Of a DNA stretch of 64,000 nucleotides, positions 25,621-38,944 are shown piece after piece. Source of the stretch: Eledone cirrhosa (taxonomy: Eukaryota). Made by a program: the position numbers and the translations under genes. Within the stretch, counting starts at the first letter, position 1; each line of letters begins with the position of its first letter. The stretch is taken from the NCBI GenBank assembly GCA_964016885.1, contig OZ024746.1, positions 15,934,001 to 15,998,000 of the forward strand, written 5' to 3'. The notes under the pieces are model-generated. The model did not search any database. It was given only the letters and a program-made list of their open reading frames with translations, and was not told where the DNA came from.

Positions 25621-25798
25621 TGTCTTTAATCTTTTAACAAAATTCAATAGACAAAAATACCCTCACTTTTTTACTTGCAAAAAGTTACATCTATGGTGCT
25701 GTTTGGTCCAGCCGTTTGGCGGAAAGTTTGTTACCCACATACAGCCGTCAGCTTTATAGTATAGATATACAATGCTTCAAGCAAATTACATTTTATTA

Positions 25799-25990
25799 GG
25801 GCGGTGGATTGGCAGTATCGGTAGAGGGTCGGACGCCATGCTTTGACGCATTGAGTTACGGCCCTTGCCAGTCTGAGTTCAAATCCCGCCGAGGTTAACT
25901 TTGACTTTCATCCTTACGGGGTCGATAAAATAAAGTACCAGTAATACACTGGGTAATTGCTGGCCTTGTGCCAAAAGTAGAAACAATTAT
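25799..25990 (+). mobile_element. Full-length ~190-bp tRNA-derived SINE with MetaSINE-like core (reference copy)
   Basis: A box TGGCAGTATCGG, B box GAGTTCAAATCC, core CTTTCATCCTTACGGGGTCGATAAAATAAAGTACCAG (resembles the Meta domain), tail AAACAATTAT. More than 12 copies occur in the window. Confidence 0.88.
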
Positions 25991-26029
25991 ATATATATAT
26001 ATGATACTGTGTCTAGATAATGCTATTAT

Positions 26030-26280
26030 TTAACCTATTTGATACCAACACCCTTGCTTTTATGATGATACAAACTAGTTTGTTAAAAGTATTTATATTT
26101 AAATTCAAAACATTTTATCTTAATTTTATGTGAAAACTTCAAGTTAAACACTGGCTTAATTTAAGAGCTAATAAAAAAACTTGGATATCTTCATAAATTC
26201 CTGCCAATGTTTGATTATCTTCAAGATTAACTGGAATGTAGAAATCTGTTTCTTTAAAAATATAGTTACAAAAGGGTTAA
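26030..26280. mobile_element. ~250-bp TTAA-flanked AT-rich MITE family (other copies ~32770-33017, 40201-40400, 40550-40845, 43560-43800, 51446-51700, 55227-55480)
   Basis: TTAACC...AAGGGTTAA termini and a shared internal sequence (AAAGACACTGCC...TAACTTAACAAAGGTTCTTACAT...TAGAACCAGG) across copies. Confidence 0.7.
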
Positions 26281-27123
26281 TGTATTTTGAAAATATTATA
26301 TTTGATGTAAATACAACATTGTGTGAGAAGCTTGAACTTTTGAACTTACAAAATACTGAAGGAATAAATTTATAAAAGATGTAGGATGCTCAAATGTGGA
26401 ATAGGATGAAAGGCAAAACTAGCCTCAGTGGGATTTGAACTTTGAGCCATAGAGAGCCAGAACAAATACCATAAATGAACCTGTCTGACATTCTAGCAAC
26501 TCTGCCTATCATTAGATTACATCAATGTCAAGATCACCTGTTTAACAAGTAAACCCTTCATTGTAAACTCTTTACAGTCTCTAATAATGTCTCCTTCTTC
26601 TACCCCTTTCTTTGACTGTTCATGATTTAACTGCTCCATGTTACCTTCATTTAAACATGCTCATCATATCTGTTCTCTGTAATATTTCACTTAGTATTTC
26701 TTATTGCTAAATATATTGCTCAGTACAACCCTTGCTAGTCAGGAAAACGGGCATTAAATGATGATGATGTTTGCCCAGTGCAAACCTTGATAGCAAGGAA
26801 AACAGGATTAAATGATGATGCTGATAATGATGATGATTGCTCAGTGCAACCCTTGCTTTCAGCTTGATACACACCATCCAACCCATTCACTGTTGTATAT
26901 TCTGCTCCTCCTCTCAGATTAAAAATCCAAAACAAACCAAATGCTATTATATTAATGGGAAGTGGTTGAAAGATGAATGAAACCTTATAATGAAGAATGT
27001 AAGTTGTTATAGTTGTTAGTAAGGTTAGATCAGAAGGCATTAAATAGACAAACTCCATTATAAGTATGTACTTCATTTATTCTTGCTTCACACTGTGAAA
27101 GTCATTTTGCCTGTATTTCCATG

Positions 27124-27372
27124 TGTGAGATATGACAGGATATGGCGTGTCGAAGAATCGACGTTTTGACGATAGCAGGTTTATCTGGAGACTGATCTTC
27201 TGACTTAACTTCCGTTCTCTCGTCTAAGTAGTCCAGTTACTTGTATCGCTACGCCAAAGGTTTTGATTGGCTCACACTTCAGCCAATTTACATCCGTAAC
27301 ATTTTTCTTCCGCCGAAGGAAAATACATTTAATTACAAAGGATATATATTACTGCTACATCATCCCCTGCTT
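27124..27372 (-). mobile_element. Probable LTR (~236 bp) with polypurine tract, Gypsy-like
   Basis: On the minus strand, AAGCAGGGGATGA|TGTAGCAG...TCTCACA gives a PPT followed by a TG...CA-bounded segment. CpG-rich relative to its surroundings. No second LTR was seen. Confidence 0.5.
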
Positions 27373-28527
27373 AGGCTGAAAGCCGACAGAGAAAAAAAAG
27401 GGTAGCAGTTGCAAGAAAGAAAAAAAATATATAACAGTAAATATATAATAAACAATATCAATTCACAGAAAACTAAATATTCATTTCATAGGAATGTCTG
27501 CGTTTTGCTTCAGAGAAAAAGAGGAACATAAAAAAAAACTGAGCAACAGAAATAGTCCAAAGTTCCCATTAATTAATGCATTTAATATAAATACAAGAGA
27601 GGACAAGAACTCAAAAAGCTTGCTCTATATAGCATAGTTCATATATATAGAGTCTTGCAAAGCTTTTTGTCCCAATGTACTCGGCGACCACTACGTGTGG
27701 TGGTGACATATGTAGGTGTCCACAACAGAATTACTGGTACTTATTGGTTGAAAGATGAATGAAACATTTATTTAAAGGGGAGAGACTGGACCAGACCAGA
27801 CCAGAACTTTCATGAATGTTAAATCCCAACAGAATTATTGGTATTTAAACATTTAGTAACTTTGAGGTGGTTCATTAAAATAAATTAACCTTGACAGGAT
27901 TTGAAATGAAAGCCATGAGACAAGAAACTAGGATAGTACCAGGATGCACTGTCTGATTTTCTTGTTTTACTGCCAAATTCTCATCTATGAGCTTTTGCAA
28001 AATAAAGTATGCTGATGCTAAAGAATGCACATTCTTCCATAGCTTATATATCTGTTAGTCTGTTAGTTAAAATATTGTCTTCCACTAGGCACAAGGCCAA
28101 TTTTTCTGTAGCAGAGGCTTTAGTTGATTGAATTAACTCCAGTATATTTACTAGCCCTTACTTTCTGAACCCTTGTCAGATGAACTGCAACATTGACTCA
28201 GACAAGATTTGAACGCAGTAGAGTGAGCCACCAAACCAAATAATACTAATAACGCAGATAACAAACAATGGAATATTCTTCTATCAGCCATTTCAATAAA
28301 CTTTTCTATTGGTTAAATATTAATTTGCTGTTTCAGCTCTAGCGTCTATTTTTATTGTAGAATTTGGTGATTTCTGCTGCAAATGTTACCCTTCAATGGT
28401 AATCTATGGTATCTAGTGGGCTGAAACCTGGCAATGTTGATTTATTGATTATTTTTATAAACAATATCACCAATTGTCTGCAGCACATATTTGGTCTACA
28501 TTTCATATTAGCTAGAATAATAATAAT

Positions 28528-28735
28528 AGTTTCTGATTTAGGCACAAGGCCAACAATTTTGAAGGGAAAGTCAATTAAATCTGTACCAGTTCATTACTGG
28601 TATTTTATTTTATCAACCCTGTAACGATGAAAGTCAAAGCTGACATCAACGAGATTAGAACTCAGAACATAAAGGTTGTAACTATATGTCACAAAGCAAG
28701 TTGTTGGATGCTCTACGGATACTACCCATCCACTG
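28528..28735 (-). mobile_element. Diverged Meta-core SINE
   Basis: Matches the family sequence. Confidence 0.8.
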
Positions 28736-28764
28736 TTATAATAATAATATTATTATTATTATTA

Positions 28765-28960
28765 GGGCGGTGGATTGGCAGTATCAGTAGAGGGTCGGAC
28801 ACCATGCTTTGCAGCAAAGAGTTACGGCCCTTTATGGTCTGAGTTCAAATCCCGCCGAGGTTAACTTTGCCTTTCATCCTTACGGGGTCGATAAAATAAA
28901 GTACCAGTAATACACTGGGATAATTGCTGGCCTTGTGCCAAAAGTAGAAACAATTATTAT
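28765..28960 (+). mobile_element. Full-length Meta-core SINE
   Basis: Near-identical to 25799-25990. Confidence 0.9.
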
Positions 28961-29149
28961 AGTTGATAGAATAACCCTCATGATATCACTGGTATTTATT
29001 CCATCAAACAGGATTGAAAGATTGAAAGACATTACAGATCCTAACATATCTATATAACATAATATGCTTATTCTCTTCTAATGTACTGAGTACCTTATTT
29101 AACTGTGGTTTATCCTGATTCTATTCTGAATGCTGTCATTAATTATATA

Positions 29150-29595
29150 TCATCATTTTATGTCTGCTTTTCCATGTTTGCATGGGTTGGCTGGGTACTT
29201 TTCAGTGCAGCATCTCTCCACTCGCATCAATCCATTGTCATCTCTACCAGGAGTTTCAGCTATTTGAGATCAGCTCTCATGACTTCCACCCGGGTCTTCC
29301 TTGGTCTTCCTCAACTCCAGCTTCCTTCCACTGGAATTTCTTTGCACATCTTCACCCAGTGATCATCATCCATGAGCATCACATATCTATACCAATGCAG
29401 TCTTCTCTCCTGCACACAGCATCTGACTCCTCATATACTCAGTTTCTATCTCAGTTTATCCATACTTTGTCTTACATGCACATTAACATTGTACATCCAT
29501 CGAAGCATGCTCTCTTCATTTCTTTTCCAGCCTTCACATATCCTCTGCAGTCACTGCTCATGTTTTACAACCATACAGTATTGTACATCACACAC
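29150..29595 (-). mobile_element. Older RTE LINE 3' fragment with a very short 3'UTR
   Basis: Degenerate RTE ORF2 C-terminus (SMLRWM, WYRYVM, GRPRKT), followed directly by AACCCATGCAAACATGGAAAAGCAGAC..ATGATG. Confidence 0.8.
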
Positions 29596-31491
29596 AGACA
29601 TACATATATATATATAAGAATATTGCAGAAAATAATATTATATAATGTCATTCATATGACAAGGTGCAAAGGTGACCAGAATATTAAAATATTACTTTCA
29701 TTAAGCTCTTTACAGAACAATGAAATCAAGATATTTAAAATTTGATATATTATGTGTATATATTTCAAGTACACATGCATACACACACACCTTTCAGAGG
29801 CCAATTTTAAGAATGTTCCAGGTAGCTCTGATACCCGTTTATGTGTTTCATGATCCATCTTATATTTATTCTTTATGTAATATTATTTCTCTTTCACTCA
29901 CGGTTCAAGTTGAAGTTAGTTCTGTTTATCTAGTTTAGTACGGCACTTCTATCTTTTTACATTCATCTTTCTATACCATCATAATTGGGATTTGTTGTGG
30001 CAACCTGTTGACAATTGTTAAAACTTCTCCACCCTCCCATCCCCAGCCACCTGAATCATTCAGCCCAGAAATAAGAATGGAACTGGTTGTCAGCCAAGTA
30101 AACTGAGCCTAATCAGACAACATAATTGCTATAAGGTTTGTTGTGTGTGTTGATAGAGTTGATTGTTTTTTGTTTTTTTTTTGTTCAATCAGACCTGTTC
30201 TTCCTGAATCTATAGTTGATCTGATGTCTTCATAATTGATTTCTAACTAGAGCAGGTCCATGGAAGAGTTATAAAACCTGACACAAAGATCTATACTACT
30301 CACTGACTCTGATTCTTCAACATCCACATTTTAAAATCTATTTATTTATTAGTTTAGAGTTTCTACAGAAAATAGTATTGTTAGTATTGTATACATCATC
30401 AAATATAATAATGTTGATTTTAAAGTCTAAAAAGATGTTTATTATATATAGTGTGAGAAGAATGCTATTCATTGGACATATGATTAGCAAATTTGGAATG
30501 TTCTTGTATCTGAACATAATTACACAGTAAAAGATAGATCAATCGCATGATTGGGAGCATGGAAATGTCTTTATTCATTATGCTAGATCAAGTTTTCCTT
30601 TATATTGTCTGAGATTATAAAGGAAGAAGTTCAGTCTTTATTTTTGGTGAATATGACCAATTTAAAGTAAAGTTAATAACATCAAAGGTAGGCTGCTTAA
30701 CTTGCTTCTTCAACATTTCAACTGCTCAGAAAATATTGACTATGTTGTGATCAAGCAATTAACTCTAACAACCTCCTTACTTTCTAGTACTTATGATTCT
30801 CACCTATTATTTGGTTTATCTTTCTTTTCTGATTTAGTACAGCAGGATAGGTGGAGTTGTTCCCCCCCCCCACTCTCTCTGATGTGCGCTTATGTATGAA
30901 TATAGGTGTGTGTGTGTGTGTGTGTGTAGGTGTGTCTGTTGCCTGTGTATTGTCTTGTTTCTGAGTGTCTGTGTGTATATGCGCAGTGTTGTATGTATGA
31001 TGTCCGTGTATCCATGTATTTGTTTGTGTATCAGAGCGAGAGAGAGAGAGAGTGTGTGTGTGTTAGTGTATGTCTACAGATCTTTAGACCAGCCTGTTAA
31101 CCAATCAAGCTGGTAAAAAGCTGCTGTGTGAGTATCAGTTTACACCAAAGTTGTATGAGGAACTGACAAATGATATCAAAAGTACACACAGCATTCACGC
31201 TATGTTTCACATCTATTATAACAACAGAAAAAATAACAACAAGGGCAAACACTAAATACTAGTTCCATTTTGATTGATTTCCTTAACATAAACTCTAGCT
31301 AGGAGATAACAAATAGCAGCCAGTGGGTGTCATGCTGTCAGTGTAACAGGTAAACAAGTATGTTGCAGTTGAAGCTTGACTTTTTACTAACTCTATTGAC
31401 CAATACCGACCACTTCTATTGTTAGCTACACTGCTACTATCACCAGAACCACTTTACTAACATTACTTTCTTGTTTTGTTTTCATATAAAG

Positions 31492-31535
31492 GTGTCCAAC
31501 ATCATCTGGTATCTTATATTCACAGATATCAGTAG
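31492..31535 (+). other. Candidate 44-nt exon
   Basis: Perfect TACTAAC branch point (31455-61), pyrimidine tract, AG at 31490-91 and donor AG|GTAAGC at 31536. Confidence 0.45.
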
Positions 31536-31719
31536 GTAAGCTGCATCCATAAATACCAATCTATAGGCTGCAGTTATCTAATTTTAAAGATTAATGGCTA
31601 AAATAAACCTTTAAGTAACTCTGGACACTTAAGATAATGTCTGTGGTGAATGTTTCTTGATAACGTATCTGTGAAAATGACTGAGAGATGAAAAGATTGA
31701 ACTGTAAGACAACATTTAC

Positions 31720-31945
31720 CTTAGTACTTCAGTGATCTGGGTTCAATCCATCTAGAGTTGACTGGAACATAACAGTTGACTTAGTACTTCAGTGATCTGG
31801 GTTCAATCCATCTAGAGTTGACTGGAACATAACAGTTGACTTAGTACTTCAGTGATCTGGGTTCAATCCATCTAGAGTTGACTGGAACATAACAGTTGAC
31901 TTAGTACTTCAGTGATCTGGGTTCAATCCATCTGGAATTAACTGG
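31720..31945. repeat. 60-bp tandem repeat, ~3.6 copies
   Basis: Unit CTTAGTACTTCAGTGATCTGGGTTCAATCCATCTAGAGTTGACTGGAACATAACAGTTGA. Confidence 0.95.
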
Positions 31946-32538
31946 GCAAAAGTCATCCTTAAAAATTTCAGTGTCATTAACTCTTGATACCACACAAACC
32001 AACATTAGTAAGAGATTCTTGATACCACACAAACCAACATTAGTAAGAGATTCTTGAAAAGTATAGACTACTAGCACAACAACTGCATTACATTAAATTT
32101 TACTAAAATACTACACATTTTCACAACAATCTGTTAATTAATAAAGATACTGTAAACATTTGAATTAACAAACCAGTTTTTAGATATTTTCTAGTAAACT
32201 ATTACTGGATGTTAAGAGTTAAATTAAATTTGACTGAGATGTTTTTTTTCTTGTAGTAATAAAATGATATTGTTGTTTTTGTAGTATCAACATAAAGGCT
32301 GATATTTTGTGGGCAAGTTACAGGCAATTTATTCATGTTCAGTACTTGACTGTACTTATTTTATCAGCTCCCAGCTATGAGAAGTCATGCACTGAAAAGA
32401 TAAAAGAACTTCTCTAAATATTACATGGCAGTTGTCTCATGCTCTACTGACTTCATGAATTCTCTCTGTCCTTAGAAATACTGGTATATGGGTATACTAC
32501 TATAGTTTCTCATTGTTGTGTGTGTGAGTGTGTGTATA

Positions 32539-32571
<33 letters not shown>

Positions 32572-33156
32572 TGGGAGGGGAATTGTAAATTGAGGGGATG
32601 TAACGCAGATGGATAGTTTAGAGATCTGCTTCTTAATCATTAAGTCTCTGGTTCAATCTCAGTGGCAGTGGTGGCTGTTGTGGTGGTGGTGGTGATGGTG
32701 GTAGTGGTAGTGGCAGTAGCAGTGGTAATGCATTCTTTATAGTTGTTTGATCTGCTCATATTGCTGCCAATTCTCATTTCATCACTCTATTTCTAATGAA
32801 TTTTCAAATAATTGTCAACCTAAGGAAGGAGTTAGGGGAATTTAGCTGTAAAACTAACTTTTTCACTATTTATCTGCTGTTTGGAACATAACTTAACAAA
32901 GGTTCTTACATAAAATTATAATGGAAGGTTTTTAGTTAAATATAAACACTTTTGTATAATAGAACTAGGGAAAATCCTAGGTATGTCTTAAGGGGGATTC
33001 TCAGACACAAGGGTTAACCTCAAACAACTTTTAACAGATCAAGCATCATCTGTTTTGTCTCCAATTTAGTTTCATCTATTTTCCCATCCCAAATGGGAGG
33101 GTTTTAATTACTAATTGGACCTATAAAATGGCCGTTAAATGGAGTTGATGATGATG

Positions 33157-33202
<46 letters not shown>

Positions 33203-35024
33203 GGCACCTGATGAAGGCCCACCCAGAAAATATAGTAAATAAAGGTAGTTTATGGTGAGTTTAATCAGCAAGTCAGTATCTGTTACTTTCTGTCAATTTA
33301 TTTGCCTCATTACTTCTTAGTTCAGACAATATCTTCTGAGAGAAATCAGATTCCTCAACATTTAATAGCAGATGAAGATCTGGTATTCTGAAAATGTTGT
33401 CTTATCACTTAAATTTTGCAAAAAAACAGGTGTGGATCTTGTTGGCATTCAAACCTGTCTTTAATTTAAATAAAAAAAACAAGAAAGATATATCCTAGTG
33501 TAGGGGAAGAAGAAGAGACTAAAATTTCAGATGTGATCCTTCGTTGGTGAAGTGTATTTTATCACAGCTACCTCAGTATCAGTGTATTGCATATATTTCA
33601 GAGGCATTACTCATTGTCAGCAACCACAATACCAAGGTATAATTGACAGTGAAGTTTTGTAGATTTTATAAACAAACTATTCTTGTTGAAAGGTCATCTA
33701 GCTATAGTGTCAGCTTGACTGGCTGGTATTAATTAACAATAGCACTAACACAGTGTGATTCTGAATAAAAACATGTAAGGACCCGTATACCTTATCCAAT
33801 TCAAATTGATAAAGACCATTACTAATTTGTACATATTGTTGACTGCTAGGTACTTTTCCTGACATTTTCAACTATTATTATGGTTGCTTGCATTGGGATG
33901 CAAATTTATCCAATGACTTTTTAGTCAATCAGTTTATACTACTAATTACAGGCTTAAAATCTAAAAACACAGATTCAGTGGCCAGTGGTTCTTTAGTGTA
34001 GTGGTTAACACATTTACCAGTATCTGAGAGACAGAGACATGGTGTTCAATTCTTAGCAGGTACATTAGACTACTTTTTTCCATCTCCAGGGGTATTTTGC
34101 TCTAATTTGTTTTCAAATATTATTTGTGATTGACTGTTATTAATATGGCCACTGTTATTGGGACATGTACATTTTAAATGTCCAATTTTGCCACTGCTTC
34201 ATAAGTCAGCCTGTTGTTTATTTGGAATATTTCTGTAGACTAGCAACCATTCTACCATTATTGCTGCTATTCAGTTTAGTATTATCTCACTATAGTGTGT
34301 CACTAATAAACATTCACTTCTTATTTCCTATATCAATTTTTATTGTTTAGAATTTTTCATTTTTTCATCCATGATATTCTTAAAGAGATTTTTTTTTTTC
34401 CACGCTTTTGTATAAAACTTTCTCTATATTGCCATATTTATTTTTTTTTTTTTTTTACTTTTGTTTTTGGCAATTCATCACAGTGGCATTTAAATGATGT
34501 TTCCACTATTTTAATATTTTTTCCTCTAGTTCCTGAGGATTATGTGTATATATATATATATGTGTGTATGTGTGTAGGTATGTTTGTATATATGTATTTA
34601 TATATATATATGTGTGTGTGTGTGTGTAGGTATGTTTGTGTATATATATATATATGTGTGTGTGTGTGTATATTTATTTATATATATATATGTATGTATA
34701 TATATATATACACATACATATATATGGCTTCCCTCCTTGCAAAATATACTTGTCTCCTAGTTTCCTTGTAACGATTTCTACTACCTCATTTTGTTTTCTG
34801 GTGTGGATAAAACATATTTGGCTGCTGTGCTCACCTGATCTGTATAAGATCAAGCGGTTGACTGGTTGTATATATATATATATATATATAATGAAGGAAG
34901 TGTGGTAAGGAACCAGATGGACCATAACGCACCACAGTACTCAATACTTAGGGTAGTAAAGTGGGTGATAGGAAAATGTTTAACCCCGACGGCAGAGCTC
35001 AAGCCGTTTCGACGGCTATTTCTG

Positions 35025-35646
35025 TGTGTGTAGAGGTATGCTTGTGTATATGTGTGTTGGTGTGTACGTATGTTTGTGTGTGTGTGTATATATGTATATA
35101 ATGTATGTGTGTAGGCATGTTTGTATATATATAATATATATATATATATATGTGTGTAGGTGTGTGTAGGCATGTTTGTGTATATATATGTGTGTGTGTG
35201 TAGGCATGTTTGTGTATATATGTGTGTGTGTGTGTGTGTATATTTATATGTATATGTACGTATATATACACGTACGTATATATGTATGTATGTACATATA
35301 TATATATATGTGTGTGTATATATATATATGTGTGTATATATATATATATGTGTATATATATATATGTGTATATATATATATATGTATATATATATATGTG
35401 TATATATATATATATATGTGTATATATATATATATATGTGTATATATATATATATATGTGTATATATATATATATGTGTATATATATATATATGTGTATA
35501 TATATATATATATATATGTGTATATATATATATATATATATGTGTATATATATATATATGTGTATATATATATATATGTGTATATATATATATGTGTATA
35601 TATATATATATGTGTATATATATATGTGTATATATATATATATATT

Positions 35647-35678
<32 letters not shown>

Positions 35679-36501
35679 GATATATGTATATATAGATATA
35701 TGTATAGATATATGTATATATAGATATATGTATATATATAGATAGATTATGTATGTATATACATGTATATATATATATATATAGATATATATGTATGTAT
35801 ATACATGTATATATATATAGAGATTATGTATGTATATACATGCATATATATATAGATATATATGTATGTATATACATGTATATATATATAGATATATGTA
35901 TGTGTATACATGTATATATATATAGATATAGATATATGTATGTGTATACATGTATATATATATAGATATAGATATATGTATGTGTATACATGTATATATA
36001 TATAGATATAGATATATGTATGTGTATACATGTATATATATATAGATATAGATATATGTATGTGTATACATGTATATATATAGATATAGATATATGTATG
36101 TGTATACATGTATATATATATAGATATAGATATATGTATGTGTATACATGTATATATATATATATATATAGAGAGAGAGATATATATGTATGTATATACA
36201 TCTATATATATATATATAGATTATGTATGTATATACATGTATATATATATATATAGATTATGTATGTATATACATGTATATATATATATATAGATTATGT
36301 ATGTATATACATGTATATATATATATATATAGATTATGTATGTATATACATGTATATATATATATATATAGATTATGTATGTATATACATGTATATATAT
36401 ATATATAGATATATATGTATGTATATACATGTATATATATATATAGATATATATGTATGTATATACATGTATATATATATAGATATATGTATGTGTATAC
36501 T

Positions 36502-36574
<73 letters not shown>

Positions 36575-36590
36575 AGATATATGTATGTGT

Positions 36591-36657
<67 letters not shown>

Positions 36658-36779
36658 TATATAGATATATGTGTATACATGTATATATATATATGTATGT
36701 GTATACATGTATATATATATATATATAGATATATGTATGTGTATACATGTATATATGTAGATATAGATATATCTATGTG

Positions 36780-36817
<38 letters not shown>

Positions 36818-36861
36818 TATATGTATGTGTGTACATGTATATATAGATATATGTATGTGTG

Positions 36862-36907
<46 letters not shown>

Positions 36908-37044
36908 TGTATGTGTGTACATGTATATATATATATATATATCTAGATATATGTATGTGTGTACATGTATATATATATATATATATCTATATATATGTAT
37001 GTGTATACATGTATATATATATATATATAGATATATGTATGTGT

Positions 37045-37075
<31 letters not shown>

Positions 37076-37105
37076 GATATAGATATATGTATGTATATAC
37101 ATGTA
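35025..37105. repeat. ~2-kb compound (TA)/(TG) microsatellite with higher-order units such as (TA)nGATATATGTATGTGTATACATG
   Basis: Read directly. Confidence 0.95.
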
Positions 37106-37109
37106 TTAA

Positions 37110-37456
37110 GGCACATGGCTTAGTGGTTCAAGCATTGGCCTTGCAATCGAAAGGTTGTGAGTTCAATTCTCTGACCGGGTGATGTGTTGTTTCCTTGAGC
37201 AAGACACCTTATTTCACATTGCCCCAGTTTACTCAGCTGTAGAAATGAGATGATAGGGACTTGGGCCCCTATCATTCCACTGCAAAGTGATCGTGGAGGT
37301 GCCACATCAAAAAAGCACCCAGCACTCACTGTAAATGAGATTGGTGTTAGGAAGGGCAACCAGCTGTAGAAATCAAGCCAGAATCAGTTCCCCTCCGACC
37401 CTTGCAAGCAGGGAAAAAGCGGACGTAAAATGAAATGAAATGAAATGAAATGAAAT
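37110..37456 (+). mobile_element. Full-length tRNA SINE with RTE-B-derived tail, ending in (GAAAT)n
   Basis: GGCACATGGCTTAGTGG (A box), GAGTTCAATTC (B box), CCTTGAGCAAGACAC core and AGGAAGGGCA motif. Sister copy at 54544-54869. Confidence 0.88.
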
Positions 37457-37872
37457 AGATGTATGTATATACATGTATATATATATAGATGTATGTATAT
37501 AGATGTATATATATATATATAGATGTATGTATATATATACATGTATATATATATATAGATGTATGTATGTATATACATGTATACATAGATGTATGTATGC
37601 ATATACATGTATATATATATAGATGTATGTATGTATATACATGTATATATATATAGATGTATGTATGTATATACATGTATATATAGATGTATGTATATAT
37701 ATAGATATATGTATGTATATACATGTATATATATAGATATATGTATGTATATACATGTATATACATGTATATATATAGATATATGTATGTATATACATGT
37801 ATATATATACATGTATGTATATACATCTATATGTATATATATATAGATATGTATATACATGTCTATATATAT

Positions 37873-38282
37873 ATGACCCCCTTAGCCTTTGTCAAGGCAG
37901 AATTCTAGGAGAAGGAAAACTCTGATATAACACCTGCAACCCTGATGGTATCCAATGATGTTGATTTGTTCTTCTTTTTGGTAAATATCATCTTGGTTAA
38001 GAGAGTGGGACTGGCTTTGTGCAGTGCCTTTGCTCACTATAAAAGCTTCACGGCACAGGCATTGCTTTGTATCTGGAGATCTCTGATCTCTCTGCACTTG
38101 TCGTCACATGGTACCATGGGCCCAGCACTGTGTGTAAATAATTGTCACAGGTGCAGTGTTTGTACCAGAGTTTTCAAATCCCTGGAGGACTAAAAAGTCA
38201 CACTCGTTCAGCGCATCGGTAGGGGTTCTTCTACATGGATATAAAGTAGTGGCCATACTCGAAAACGAGTTGGCAGCCACCA
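37873..38282 (+). mobile_element. Second copy of the bipartite RTE derivative
   Basis: Colinear with 3577-3979, with the same start (ATGACCCC) and end (GCAGCC.CCA); embedded in TA/TATG arrays. Confidence 0.8.
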
Positions 38283-38327
38283 TATATATATATATAATAT
38301 AGATATATGTATGTATTTGTATATATA

Positions 38328-38358
<31 letters not shown>

Positions 38359-38394
38359 ATGTATGTATATACATGTATATATATGTATGTATAT

Positions 38395-38447
<53 letters not shown>

Positions 38448-38740
38448 CATGTATATATATGTATGTATATACATGTATATATATGTATGTATATACATGT
38501 ATATACATGTATATATATATATATATATATATGTATATACATATGTATGTATATACATGTATATATATATATATGTATGTATATACATGTATATATATAT
38601 AGATATATGTATGTATGTATAGATATATGTATGTATATACATGTATATACATACATATATCTATATATATATACATACATACATATATCTATATATATAT
38701 ATACATGTATATACATGCATATATATATATATACATGTAT

Positions 38741-38798
<58 letters not shown>

Positions 38799-38944
38799 AT
38801 ATGTATATATATATATATATGTATGTATATGTATGTATGAGTACATACATATACATATGTATATGTATGTACATGTATATGTATATACATGTGTGTATTT
38901 ATATGTGTATGTGTGTGTTTGTATGTATGGGTACATGGAAATAC

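Larger units (their letters stand above)
24248..25765 (-). mobile_element. Internally deleted Helitron with both termini
   Basis: On the minus strand, A|TCTATACTATAAAGCTGA 5' end (25765) and 3' hairpin CCGGGCGCCAGCCGG followed by CTAG|T (24248). RepHel remnants lie inside. Confidence 0.85.

Noticed and set aside
25799-25890. tRNA genes (also 37110, 43058, 54869, ~33995)
   Set aside because: A and B boxes are present but there is no complete cloverleaf or acceptor stem, and most copies continue into a SINE body.
33205-33400. Hammerhead ribozymes (CTGATGA...GAAA at ~33208; CAGATGA...GAAA at ~33370)
   Set aside because: Stems I and II cannot be formed convincingly, and the second site has a mutated core.
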